A stretch of 64,000 nucleotides of DNA from the NCBI GenBank assembly GCA_016192525.1, contig JACPTZ010000059.1, positions 20,287 through 84,286 of the forward strand, written 5' to 3'. Both the position numbers and the translations under genes were made by a program. Every line of letters starts with the position of its first letter. Position 1 is the first letter of the stretch. This document shows, one piece after another, positions 9,408-18,256 of the stretch. The stretch comes from Planctomycetota bacterium. Lineage in GTDB: Bacteria; Planctomycetota; MHYJ01; JACPTZ01. Under the pieces are notes generated by a model that saw only the letters and a program-made list of their open reading frames with translations, was not told where the DNA came from and ran no database searches.

Positions 9408-10448
9408 ATGTGGTGGACCGGCGAGCGGAGCGGCTACGCCGAGACCTGGTACCTCACCGGCTGCCTCCCCGAGCGCGAGGCCGGGTTCTGGATCCGGTAC
9501 ACCCTCTGGGCCCCGGCGCCGGAGGTCCACCGGAAGGCGGAGGCCGCCGTCTGGTTCTTCTGGTTCGACCGTCGCGATCCGTCGAAGAACATCGCCGTGA
9601 AGGAGGTCTTTCCGCTCGTCAAACTCTCCGGCGGGCACGCCCCGCCGTTCCATCTGCGGATCGGCGAAAATGAGCTGACCAGCCGGTGCGCGTTCGGCCG
9701 GATCGAGCGCGCCCCGGGCCCGGTCGCCTGGGACCTGATCTGGCTCCCGCCGCTGGAGACCTACCAGCACGTCCCGTGGAGCCTGCGCGCGACGGGGCTC
9801 GTCAAGTCGCGCATCTGCTCCCCGAACCTGAACTGCGGATTTGCGGGGTCGATCACCGTGCATGGAGAAAAGATCCGGCTCGTCCATGCCCCGGGGCACC
9901 AGTCGCACCTCGGCGGACCGGGGCATGCGAACGAGTGGGCGTGGGCGCACGGCTCCGCCTTCCGGGAGGACCCGGGAGCCGTTCTCGAAGTGCTCACCGC
10001 CAAGGTGACCCTGCTGGGGCAGGGGCTGCCGGACCTCACCTCGATCTACCTGAAGACGAAGGGAAGGGTCTACCGGCTGAACAAGGTGGACGACCTCCAC
10101 CGGCCGGCGAACGTGATCTCTCCGACGGCGTGGTCGGCAATCACCCGGGCGGGGGCGGAATCGGTGCGGATCGACATCTCCGCCCGACCGGAAGACATCA
10201 TCGGGGTGGAGTACCGGTCCCCGGCCGATGCCGCGCGGTGGTGTTACAATTCGGAGGTGGCCTCCAGCCGCATCACCATCGAGCGGACCGATCCGCTCTC
10301 GCCCGGGGGGAGCCGGGTGGTGGAGCGGCTCACCTCGGTCGGAACCACCTCGTTCGAGACGGCGCGGGGGGAGCGTCACCCCACGCTCCCCGTGCGGATT
10401 CCGTGGGAGTCGTCTCCGGACTTGACGCACCGCGTCATCCTGTGTTAA
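9408..10448 (+). CDS. hypothetical protein
   Basis: Long ORF 9195..10448. Start placed at an internal ATG (MWWTGERSGYAETWYL…) and is uncertain. No recognisable domain. Confidence 0.4.
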   Translation: MWWTGERSGYAETWYLTGCLPEREAGFWIRYTLWAPAPEVHRKAEAAVWFFWFDRRDPSKNIAVKEVFPLVKLSGGHAPPFHLRIGENELTSRCAFGRIERAPGPVAWDLIWLPPLETYQHVPWSLRATGLVKSRICSPNLNCGFAGSITVHGEKIRLVHAPGHQSHLGGPGHANEWAWAHGSAFREDPGAVLEVLTAKVTLLGQGLPDLTSIYLKTKGRVYRLNKVDDLHRPANVISPTAWSAITRAGAESVRIDISARPEDIIGVEYRSPADAARWCYNSEVASSRITIERTDPLSPGGSRVVERLTSVGTTSFETARGERHPTLPVRIPWESSPDLTHRVILC

Positions 10449-10485
10449 CCTTCCCTCTCCCGCCGGTCGCCGAGGAGCCTTCGCC

Positions 10486-12153
10486 GTGTCCGCATCCTCG
10501 ATCGCCCCCGCCGTCCCGTCTCCGGCCGCCGCTCCGGCCGCGGCCCCGCCGCGGATGCTCGTCTCCACGAATCCCTCCACGGGAGAACGTCTCGGCGAAG
10601 TGCGCGTCTGGAGCGCCGAGGAGGTCCGCGCCGCTGTGGCGAAGGCCCGGATCGCGCAGACGGACTGGGCCGCGCGCTCCTTCGCGGAGCGGGCCGACCG
10701 CCTCCGCCTCGTCCGCGAGCGGCTCGAGGCCGAGACGGACGACCTCGCCACCCTCATCGCGAACGAAAACGGGAAGCCGCGCGCCGAGGCCGTCACGGCG
10801 GAACTCTTCCCGATCGCCTACCTCATCAACTACTTCTCGGCCCGGGCCGAAGGGATGCTGTCGGACGAACCGATCTCCATGCCGCTCTTCGGCTGGCTGA
10901 ACCGCGGGTCGAAAGTCACCCACCGCCCCTACGGCGTGGTGGGCGTCATCGCCCCGTGGAACTTCCCGTTCGCGATCCCGATGGGGGAATGCGTCATGGC
11001 GCTCCTCGCGGGGAACGCGGTGGTGCTCAAGCCGTCGGAGTTCACCCCGTTCGTCGGAGAGGCGATCGGCCGGCTCTTCGCGCAGAGCGGACTCCCGGGT
11101 GGACTCCTCACCGTGGCGAGCGGGGACGGCTCCACCGGGGCGGCGCTCGTGGGCGCCGGCTGCGACAAGATCGTCTTCACCGGGAGCGTCCCCACCGGCC
11201 GCAAGATCGGCGTCGCCTGCGCGCAGACCCTGACGCCCTGCGTCCTCGAACTCGGCGGCAAGGATCCGATGATCGTCTGCGAGGATGCCGACGTCGAAAA
11301 CGCGGCGCGGGGCGCGGTGTGGGGGGCCTTCTGCAATTCCGGGCAGGTGTGCGCCTCGGTGGAACGGGTCTACGTGGTGGAGTCGGTGGCGGCGGATTTC
11401 CTCGCCCGGGTGGTGCAGAAGACGCAGGCGCTCCGGCAGGGGAGCCCGCTCGATCCGGACACGGACGTCGGCCCGATGCAGAACCGGATGCAGATGGAGA
11501 AGGTGGAGGCGCAGGTGGCCGCGGCGCTCGCCTCGGGGGCGAAGGCGCTCACGGGGGGGAAGCGAAGCGCCGCGCGGCCCGCCGGACTCTTCTACGAGCC
11601 GACGGTGATGGTGAACGTCGACCACACCATGGGGGTGATGAAGGACGAGACCTTTGGACCGGTCCTGCCGGTGATGGTGGTGCCGGACGAGAACGAGGCG
11701 GTGCGGCTGGCCAACGACTCGCCCTATGGCCTCACGGCGAGCGTGTGGACGCGGGACTTCGGACGCGGGGAGCAGCTCGCGCGGCGGATCCACGCCGGGA
11801 CGGTGATGATCAACGAGTGCGTGTGGACGCACGCCGCCTGCGAGACCCCGTGGGGGGGGCTGAAGGAGAGCGGGATCGGTCGGACGCACGGCCGTCACGG
11901 CCTGATGGAGTTCGTGCAGCCGATCCACCTCCACGAGAACCGCTGGCCGGACCAGCCCTCGTACTGGTGGTATCCCTATTCGGCGGGGGTCTACCGGATG
12001 TTCCGCGGGGCGACCGCGGCCCTCTTCAGCGCCGAGCCCTCGAAGCGCCTCCGCGGCGCCTGGGACGCCCTGGCGGGGTTCCTCAGCCGCGGCAAGATCT
12101 CCGCCGGCTCCACGTCCACGCCTCCGGCGGCGCCGGCGCGGCGCGCGCCTTGA
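10486..12153 (+). CDS. NAD(P)-dependent aldehyde dehydrogenase
   Basis: GTG start with GAGGAG SD 9 nt upstream. ALDH motifs present: VIAPWNFPFAIPM…VLKPSEFTP, ELGGKDPMIV, and catalytic FCNSGQVCAS. 555 aa. Confidence 0.9.
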   Translation: MSASSIAPAVPSPAAAPAAAPPRMLVSTNPSTGERLGEVRVWSAEEVRAAVAKARIAQTDWAARSFAERADRLRLVRERLEAETDDLATLIANENGKPRAEAVTAELFPIAYLINYFSARAEGMLSDEPISMPLFGWLNRGSKVTHRPYGVVGVIAPWNFPFAIPMGECVMALLAGNAVVLKPSEFTPFVGEAIGRLFAQSGLPGGLLTVASGDGSTGAALVGAGCDKIVFTGSVPTGRKIGVACAQTLTPCVLELGGKDPMIVCEDADVENAARGAVWGAFCNSGQVCASVERVYVVESVAADFLARVVQKTQALRQGSPLDPDTDVGPMQNRMQMEKVEAQVAAALASGAKALTGGKRSAARPAGLFYEPTVMVNVDHTMGVMKDETFGPVLPVMVVPDENEAVRLANDSPYGLTASVWTRDFGRGEQLARRIHAGTVMINECVWTHAACETPWGGLKESGIGRTHGRHGLMEFVQPIHLHENRWPDQPSYWWYPYSAGVYRMFRGATAALFSAEPSKRLRGAWDALAGFLSRGKISAGSTSTPPAAPARRAP

Positions 12154-12252
12154 CACCCTGTGCGGTTTGCGCTAGATTTCCTTTCCCCGGGTGCGGCCGA
12201 CGGCGAACCTCGACCGCGAATTTCGGATCCCTTGCTTTCCTGGAGGCCCTTC

Positions 12253-12639
12253 ATGCCTTTCTCGGATGCGGAACGGACGATGGTCGCCCACTATTTCCGG
12301 GCGAAACTGCTCGCGGAGCGGCAGAAGGTGGACGCCGCGCGGCAGGTCAAGGAGGGGAAGGAGGACTTTCTCCTGGTGGACACCCGCCATCGCGAGGCCT
12401 TTCTCGAGGCGCACATCCCCGGAGCGATCAACGTCACGCTCGAGGGCATCGAGGATCGCCTGTCGAAGCTGCCGCGGGACCAGGAGCTGGTGACCTACTG
12501 CTGGCATCGGACCTGACAACTCTCGGCCAAGGTGGCTCTACAGTTGGTAGAGCGCGGTTTCTGGGCGCGTGAACTGAACGCAGGCTGGGTGGAATGGAAC
12601 GCCGAGAAACTGCCGACCGAAGCCGGCCCGGAGAAGACG
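12253..12639 (+). CDS. single-domain rhodanese (sulfurtransferase) interrupted by an in-frame TGA at 12514-12516
   Basis: GGAGG SD 5 nt before the ATG. N-terminal LLVDTRHREAFLEAHIPGAINV and active-site YCWHRT (compare GlpE YCYHGN). After the TGA, the same frame continues with the conserved rhodanese C-terminus (SAKVALQLVERGFWARELNAGWVEWNAEKLPTE) and ends at TAG 12637-12639. It is intact only if the UGA is recoded or read through. Confidence 0.5.
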
Positions 12640-13592
12640 TAGCCCTCTCCCGCTGGGACCTCGACGGAGAGCGCTACTACTCCTTCGGCCGCTATCTCCG
12701 CGAACAGTTTCCCTTTCGCGTCCGGAAGATCGGACTCGACGCCGGCTTCACGTGCCCGAACCGGGACGGGACTCGCGGGGTCGGTGGCTGCACGTTCTGC
12801 AACAATGAGAGCTTCTCCGAGAACTCCGGACGCGGCGCTCCCCCCTCGTTGGCCAGGCAGGTGGCGGACGGAATCACTTTCTACCGGTCCCGATTCCGGG
12901 CCGAGAAGTTCTTCCTCTACTACCAGGCCTATACCAACACCTATGCGCCCGCCGATCGGCTGAGGGCGATCTATGGGGAAGGCCTCGAGGCCGGCGGCGA
13001 CGACGTCGTCGGCCTCTCCATCGGCACCCGCCCCGACTGCGTCCCGGATCCGGTGCTCGATCTCGTGGCTTCGTATTCCGACCGCTACCAGGTCTGGATC
13101 GAGTACGGAATCCAGACGCGGAATCGCGCGGCGCTCGATCTCATGAACCGCGGCCACCACTGGGAGGAGTTCGAGGACGCGATTCGCCGGACCCGGCTCC
13201 GGGCGCCCGCGGTTCGCATCTGCGCCCACCTGATTCTGGGCTGTCCGGGGGACGGTCCGGACGACGCCCTCGGCACGGTGCGGGACGTGACGGAGCTCGG
13301 GGTCGACGGGGTCAAACTGCATCACCTCTATGTTTCGCCGCGGACGGTTCTCGCCCGACAGTACGAGAGGGGAGAGGTCCGCCTTCTTTCCCTCGAGGAG
13401 TACGTGGCGCTGGCGGCGGACGCGTTGGAGGAGTTGTCGCCGCGCTGCGTGGTCCAGCGCCTCGTCGGAGACCTCGCGGGCCCGATGGTCGTCGCCCCGC
13501 TCTGGGGCCTTACCCGGACGGCGATCTACACCCGCATCATCGGGGAACTCCGCCGCCGAGGGACGCGGCAGGGGAGCCGATTCTTTGGCTAA
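12594..13592 (+). CDS. radical SAM protein, TIGR01212 (YhcC-like) family
   Basis: KIGLDAGFTCPNRDGTRGVGGCTFCNN matches the YhcC-family cysteine motif. 332 aa. Start overlaps the rhodanese 3' end by about 45 nt. Confidence 0.8.
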   Translation: MERRETADRSRPGEDVALSRWDLDGERYYSFGRYLREQFPFRVRKIGLDAGFTCPNRDGTRGVGGCTFCNNESFSENSGRGAPPSLARQVADGITFYRSRFRAEKFFLYYQAYTNTYAPADRLRAIYGEGLEAGGDDVVGLSIGTRPDCVPDPVLDLVASYSDRYQVWIEYGIQTRNRAALDLMNRGHHWEEFEDAIRRTRLRAPAVRICAHLILGCPGDGPDDALGTVRDVTELGVDGVKLHHLYVSPRTVLARQYERGEVRLLSLEEYVALAADALEELSPRCVVQRLVGDLAGPMVVAPLWGLTRTAIYTRIIGELRRRGTRQGSRFFG

Positions 13593-13633
13593 TAGGAATC
13601 GTCACAGAATAACTGAGGGAGATTCCGTCTTAT

Positions 13634-13654
13634 CCCTCCCCCCGCAGGGGGGAG
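13634..13654. repeat. REP-like palindromic element CCCTCCCCCCGCAGGGGGGAG (family R)
   Basis: Lies in the intergenic region downstream of the radical-SAM gene. Confidence 0.65.
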
Positions 13655-13760
13655 CGTAGGGAGACGGGTAGGGGCAACCCTTGCGGTCGCCCCCTGTCGA
13701 GGAGCGAATACGCCGGTCGACAAGCGGGCGGGGGCAAGCCCCGCCCCTACGGCTGGGCGG
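13655..13760. repeat. dispersed repeat family C copy (…GTAGGGGCAACCCTTGC…GGGCGGGGGCAAGCCCCGCCCCTAC)
   Basis: Shares three collinear segments with 22665..22845. The GCGGGGGCAAGCCCCGC core is a near-palindrome. Confidence 0.6.
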
Positions 13761-13860
13761 TTCTGAAACATCCTCTTAGGGTAAAGTGACCCGCCCGCCT
13801 TGCCGACACACCTGACGGGGCCCGCGTTTCCCGCGCGGCACTCCCCGGAGGTGCGCCCGC

Positions 13861-14685
13861 ATGTCGATCCCCCTCAGGACCGGACTCTTCGCCGCCCTCG
13901 TCCTCGTCCTCTCTGCGACCCCGCTCCGGGCGCAGGAAGAGGAACCGCTCGACGACGTGACCGACGGCGTCTACTGGACCGGCGGGGCGCGTTTCAATCT
14001 CTGGCTCGGTCAGAGTTACGGGAACATCCGGGTCGATGACGACAACAATGCGATCGAGGGGACGAAGATCGACATCCACGACGAGATGGACCTCGAGCAG
14101 ACCGCCGCCGGCTACACGGTGGAAGTCCACGGCGGCTGGGACGACCATCGCATCACCCTCAACTATTCCCGCATCTCCTTCGAGGGGTCCCGCGACATCC
14201 GGAACACCTTCCGGTACGGAGGCCGGACCTTCTCGCCCGGCCGGAAGATGGACGCCTCCCTCCGCTTCCAGGATTTCAATCTCCTCTACGAATACGCGCT
14301 CTACCCGGCCGAGGACCTCACCATCAGCCCGCTGGTGGGCGTGGACTGGCGCCGGATCGGAGCGCAGATACAGGACTCCACGCAGGAGGTCTCCGAGGAC
14401 ATCAACATCCCGACCCCCGTCCTCGGCCTTCGCGTGCGAATCGACTTCTACCGGATGTTCTCCCTGGAGGGGGAGTTTCACGGCATGGCGCTCGGCCTGA
14501 ACAAGGTCAGCGGATCGATGTTCAACAGCACAGTCCGGCTCAGCGCCGAGCTCACGATGGGGCTGCGCCTCTACATCGGCCACCACTACGAGTACCTCTC
14601 CTTCGATGCCGACGCCGGGGACACCAGCGCGATCGGCACCCTGAACGCCGGGGGCCTCATCTTCGGCGTTGAGTGGGAGTTCTAG
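13861..14685 (+). CDS. outer-membrane beta-barrel protein (hypothetical)
   Basis: Signal peptide (MSIPLRTGLFAALVLVLSATPLRA). Alternating amphipathic strands. C-terminal …GVEWEF with terminal Phe. 274 aa. Confidence 0.6.
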   Translation: MSIPLRTGLFAALVLVLSATPLRAQEEEPLDDVTDGVYWTGGARFNLWLGQSYGNIRVDDDNNAIEGTKIDIHDEMDLEQTAAGYTVEVHGGWDDHRITLNYSRISFEGSRDIRNTFRYGGRTFSPGRKMDASLRFQDFNLLYEYALYPAEDLTISPLVGVDWRRIGAQIQDSTQEVSEDINIPTPVLGLRVRIDFYRMFSLEGEFHGMALGLNKVSGSMFNSTVRLSAELTMGLRLYIGHHYEYLSFDADAGDTSAIGTLNAGGLIFGVEWEF

Positions 14686-14687
14686 CT

Positions 14688-14880
14688 CGGATTATTCATG
14701 GATGCGCGGCGCCTTCGCGCCGAGCGCTCGGCAGGTCAAGCCGTCCGCCCTGAGCGAGGCGGTCGGTTGTTTCGACCGCCGAGTCGAAGAGCGACACGGT
14801 GTTGCGGTCCGGCCCTTCGACTCGCCGGCCGGACGGAGGCCGGCTCGCTCAGGGTGGGCGGGTCTACCCGCTGGATAAGC
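14688..14880. repeat. MITE family A copy A1 (single TIR CGGATTATTCATGG plus internal palindromes; truncated at the far end)
   Basis: Begins 2 nt after the TAG stop of the OMP gene. Its interior is the reverse complement of the interior of copy A5 (49891..50155) at high identity. Confidence 0.7.
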
Positions 14881-14967
14881 GTTGACGGATTACTGGCTTG
14901 GAGCGCCATTTCCCCTTGAGCCGGCCCGACCCCGCGCCGTAGAATACGGGCTCCACCGGAGGAGCCC

Positions 14968-16155
14968 ATGAGACCCCTTCACCCCATCATTCTTGCGGTT
15001 TGCCTCATGGCCGGCGCCGTTCCCCTGGGCGCCGACCTGGAGGGAAAGGTCGCGAAGCGCGCCCTGGAGGAGAAGGCCGCGTACGAGAAGGCCTACGCGG
15101 CCGCCGTCGGGGCGAAACGCGATCTTCGCTGGCTCGACTTTCTCCGCGACCAGATCCTCCGCGCCGATCAGGACGGCGAACAGCGCCGGCTGCTCGCCCT
15201 GGCCGAATCCGGACAGCGGATCCTGAATCGCGATCTCAAGCAGATGGCGCGGATCGATGTCGACTCCGTCCTCCAGGGCAAGAACCGGAAGCTGGAGGGG
15301 GAGCTCGCCGCGTGGCGCAATTACAAGCTCAAGCCGGGCGTGATCGCGGATCTGTCCGACTTCTCGACGCGGCTGGCGGACGTGGGGAAGAAACCGGAGG
15401 CGCTGGCCGTTCTGGAGGAGGCGGAGCGGCACATGGAGACGCAGAAGGTCCAGATCGCCACCGTCGAGAAGTGGTCGCGGGAGGCGAAGGAACTTTACGA
15501 GAAGGCCAAGCGGGCCGGGAAGGACGTGAACGAGGTGGACGTGCTCGCGGCGAAGGCCGGCGGCTGTGCCGGGGACGTGCCGGCGCTCTACGATCTGAGC
15601 CGTGAGGTGCGCAGTCTCCTGCTCAAGCTGAACGGTCTTCCCGAGGAGAAAGAGGAGGGCGGAGGCGACAAGCCGGGGTCCGCCGGACCGAAACCCGACG
15701 ACAAGGACGTGGTCTTCAGGAGCGAGGACTTCAACTTCGAGGTCCGGAAACCCCCGTTCACCGCGTGGGTGTTCAACCGCAAGGACGAGGGGGGATGCGT
15801 CCTGGAGATCAAGAACGACGCGGAACTGGCCTTTGCCGAGATCCGGGCCTGGGAGGAGGGAAACGCCTCACTGGAGGATCTCGCGCGAAGGCTGCAGGAC
15901 GAGATGCAGAAGTGGATCAGGAACTACCAGGAGACCGGCGTCCAGAAGACCAAGCTGGACGGAAAGAGCGCCCTGCAATACACCTTCACCTTCCAGTGGA
16001 AGGACGACCAGAGCGACACCGTGCTATCCGGGAAGCGGGTCTATTGCCGGAAGTCGAACATCATGTACCTGCTCGCCTGGTTCACCCCGACCGGCAAGCT
16101 CGTCAGCACCCAGAAACCGCTCGACGAGATCATCGCGTCGTTCAGGTTCAAGTAG
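14968..16155 (+). CDS. hypothetical secreted protein (charged, coiled-coil-rich N-terminal half)
   Basis: Signal peptide (MRPLHPIILAVCLMAGAVPLGA). 395 aa. No recognisable domain. Confidence 0.5.
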   Translation: MRPLHPIILAVCLMAGAVPLGADLEGKVAKRALEEKAAYEKAYAAAVGAKRDLRWLDFLRDQILRADQDGEQRRLLALAESGQRILNRDLKQMARIDVDSVLQGKNRKLEGELAAWRNYKLKPGVIADLSDFSTRLADVGKKPEALAVLEEAERHMETQKVQIATVEKWSREAKELYEKAKRAGKDVNEVDVLAAKAGGCAGDVPALYDLSREVRSLLLKLNGLPEEKEEGGGDKPGSAGPKPDDKDVVFRSEDFNFEVRKPPFTAWVFNRKDEGGCVLEIKNDAELAFAEIRAWEEGNASLEDLARRLQDEMQKWIRNYQETGVQKTKLDGKSALQYTFTFQWKDDQSDTVLSGKRVYCRKSNIMYLLAWFTPTGKLVSTQKPLDEIIASFRFK

Positions 16156-16164
16156 GCCCGGCCG

Positions 16165-16408
16165 GAAAACGGGACGTACGGGGCGAAGGATCGCCAGTAC
16201 CGGAGCGATCTTGGCGCATGAGCTGGTGATCCTTCGCGTCGGGCTGCGCCCCGCAGCACGTGCTGCGGGGCCGTAACGAGGGGCCGGTCCTGCGCGCGGG
16301 ACACCTTCGCCTGGCCCGCCCCTCGTTACGCGGCCGGAGCCGGCCCTGAGCGAAGCCGAAGGGGGCCGCTACTCGGGGCCACGGTGTTCCATTCATGAAT
16401 AATCCGGG
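16165..16408. repeat. MITE family A copy A2 (right TIR TTCATGAATAATCCGGG at 16392-16408), fused to a family-B-like GAAGGATCGCC…GGTGATCCTTCGC hairpin
   Basis: Interior (GTAACGAGGGGC…CCCCTCGTTACGGCCCCGCAGCACGTGCTGCGGGGC) matches copy A4 in reverse orientation. The TIR directly abuts the TGA stop (16409-16411) of the minus-strand gene. Confidence 0.7.
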
Positions 16409-17344
16409 TCAGCGCCGAATCCCCCTGGCCCACTGGAAGTACTCCGCCTCAAGGGCCTCCAGCTCCTGGCCGGTCACCGACCGCAGCGTCGCCGATCCCG
16501 TCGGGTCCCTCGCGCAGTCCCCCCTGAACTTCCGGTAGTAGGCCTCGAGCCACCCCCGCTCCTGCAGGTAGAGACACAAGTAGCGTGCCTCCGCGTAGAG
16601 AAGGCCGCGCTGCGCCCCGTCAAAGTCCCCGTGACCGGCCGAGAAGAGTCCGGTCAGGGGAATCGTCTTTCCGTCGGCGAGGGCCTTCTGAAGCTCCGGC
16701 AGACGCCAGTTCGGGAGGCCCCGGATCCGGCCGTCCCGGAGGCTCGACTGTTCAAAGAGCGAGGCGAACCCTTCGTCGAACCACTTCGGGGAGTTCGGAA
16801 AATCGTCGAGCATGAGGGCATGGACCAGTTCGTGGATGAGCGTTCCGCCTCCGGTCGAGGCGTCGAGGATCAGCTGGCGCGAGGCGGGGACGAAGAAGCC
16901 GAACCGGCTGGGCGGCTCCTCGGATCGACGTCGGCGGCAGTAATCGGTGTACGCCTCCGGGTCCTCGAAGAGATACACGCGGAGGGTTCGCGAGGGCGGC
17001 GTGTCGATGAACTGACGTCGCAGGGCGGCCATCGAGGAGTCGAGCGTCTCCGCCAGCGCTTCGGCGGTGGGGTCGCCGGATCGGCCACCGATCACAAACG
17101 GCAGGCGCACCCGGACCTCGTACCCGGGGCCGAGATCGGCGCGCATTGAGGCGGCGAGTTCCTCGGCATCCGCGAAGGAGGTCTCGGGGCCGGAGAGGGG
17201 AGCCGCGATCGGGTTGCGGGCGCGCGGGGGACCGGAGCAGGAGAGAAAGGCCAGGACGGCGACGACGACGGTCCCCGCGCAGGAGGCGACGCCGATGAGG
17301 GCGATCGGGCGCTCGCGGGGCCGGGCGGCGTCGGGGCGGGTCAT
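16409..17344 (-). CDS. DUF1570-like putative secreted metallopeptidase (HExxH)
   Basis: Start MTRPDAARP…ALIGVASCAG, with signal/TM. LIHELVHAL zinc-binding motif. The ATG overlaps the upstream gene stop (ATGA). Confidence 0.55.
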   Translation of the reverse strand: MTRPDAARPRERPIALIGVASCAGTVVVAVLAFLSCSGPPRARNPIAAPLSGPETSFADAEELAASMRADLGPGYEVRVRLPFVIGGRSGDPTAEALAETLDSSMAALRRQFIDTPPSRTLRVYLFEDPEAYTDYCRRRRSEEPPSRFGFFVPASRQLILDASTGGGTLIHELVHALMLDDFPNSPKWFDEGFASLFEQSSLRDGRIRGLPNWRLPELQKALADGKTIPLTGLFSAGHGDFDGAQRGLLYAEARYLCLYLQERGWLEAYYRKFRGDCARDPTGSATLRSVTGQELEALEAEYFQWARGIRR

Positions 17345-18255
17345 GAAGGTCTCCCCGCAAGCGGGGTATCGTCTGCCGGAGCATACCGGCCGGAGGTCGG
17401 CGCATTCCGCCGAAGTCGGTCTCGGAGCGGCGGGAAAAGAGCGGCCAGGACGTCGCGCATCGGCGCGAAGCGGAAGGCGGAGCAGAGGGCCTCGACCTTC
17501 GGCGGCGTCGAGCGGATCCGGAAGTAGTGCGCAAACCCGCGTCCCCACGGGAGCGGCGCGCGCGGCGGGTCGGGATCGAACTCCCACGGGTGGACGGCGA
17601 CCGAGACGGGACGCTCCGCGCCACGGACCTTCTCGATGTGGCGACGCAGCACGGAGAGCGGGAAGCAGCGCAGCGAAAAGCCGGAGAGGCACGGGAGCCT
17701 CTGGCGGAGCAGCGACAGGGTCGTGGCCGGGAATTCCGCGATCGTCCCCGCGTCGGTCGAAATGAGATGCGGCCAGCGACGCAGGCCCGGACGGCCGCAG
17801 ATCCGGGAGGGGAGGTGGCTGGCGTCGTAGAGGTAGCCGGCCCGGGCGATCTCGTCGAGCGCCCAGGCGGTTTCCCGGGTCACGCTCCACTCCGGGGCGC
17901 GATACCCCTGCGGGGGCGAGCCCGCGATCCCGGTGAGAAGGGAGGTCGCCCGGGCCAGGTCTTCGCGGAAGCTGGAGGGACGCTGGTCGAAAAGGACCGT
18001 GTGGTCGTGGCCGTGACAGGCGATTTCGTGACCGTCCGCCGCGAGCGACCGGATCATCGCGGGATGCCGCTCGGCCACCCAGCCGAGGACGAAGAAGGTG
18101 GCACGAAACGAGTATCGGTCGCAGAGCGTCCGGATCGCGTCCACGCCCCGCTCCACCCGCGAGGGGAGCGACTCCCACCGGTCGCGCGGGAGATACCGCT
18201 CGGCCCGGCAGACGTGAAACCACTCCTCGACGTCGACGGTGAAGGCGTTCAGCAT
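17341..18255 (-). CDS. polysaccharide deacetylase family protein, PEP-CTERM-locus (XrtA-associated) subfamily-like
   Basis: N-terminal MLNAFTVDVEEWFH motif characteristic of the DUF3473/TIGR03006-type deacetylase family. 304 aa. Confidence 0.7.
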   Translation of the reverse strand: MLNAFTVDVEEWFHVCRAERYLPRDRWESLPSRVERGVDAIRTLCDRYSFRATFFVLGWVAERHPAMIRSLAADGHEIACHGHDHTVLFDQRPSSFREDLARATSLLTGIAGSPPQGYRAPEWSVTRETAWALDEIARAGYLYDASHLPSRICGRPGLRRWPHLISTDAGTIAEFPATTLSLLRQRLPCLSGFSLRCFPLSVLRRHIEKVRGAERPVSVAVHPWEFDPDPPRAPLPWGRGFAHYFRIRSTPPKVEALCSAFRFAPMRDVLAALFPPLRDRLRRNAPTSGRYAPADDTPLAGRPS

Positions 18256-18256
18256 T

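Noticed and set aside
12534-12556. tRNA-like D-arm (GCTC-TACAGTTGGTA-GAGC) after the rhodanese UGA
   Set aside because: No acceptor stem, anticodon arm or T-arm (GTTCRANYC) could be assembled around it. Kept only as a hairpin relevant to the UGA finding.
14669-14969. Small ORFs inside the MITE copies (e.g. 14669-14878, 14698-14919, 49886-50143, 49900-50139, 16148-16396)
   Set aside because: They translate the palindromic repeat interiors (shared peptide PSALSEAVGCFDRRVE… in both orientations). They are artefacts of the repeats, not genes.
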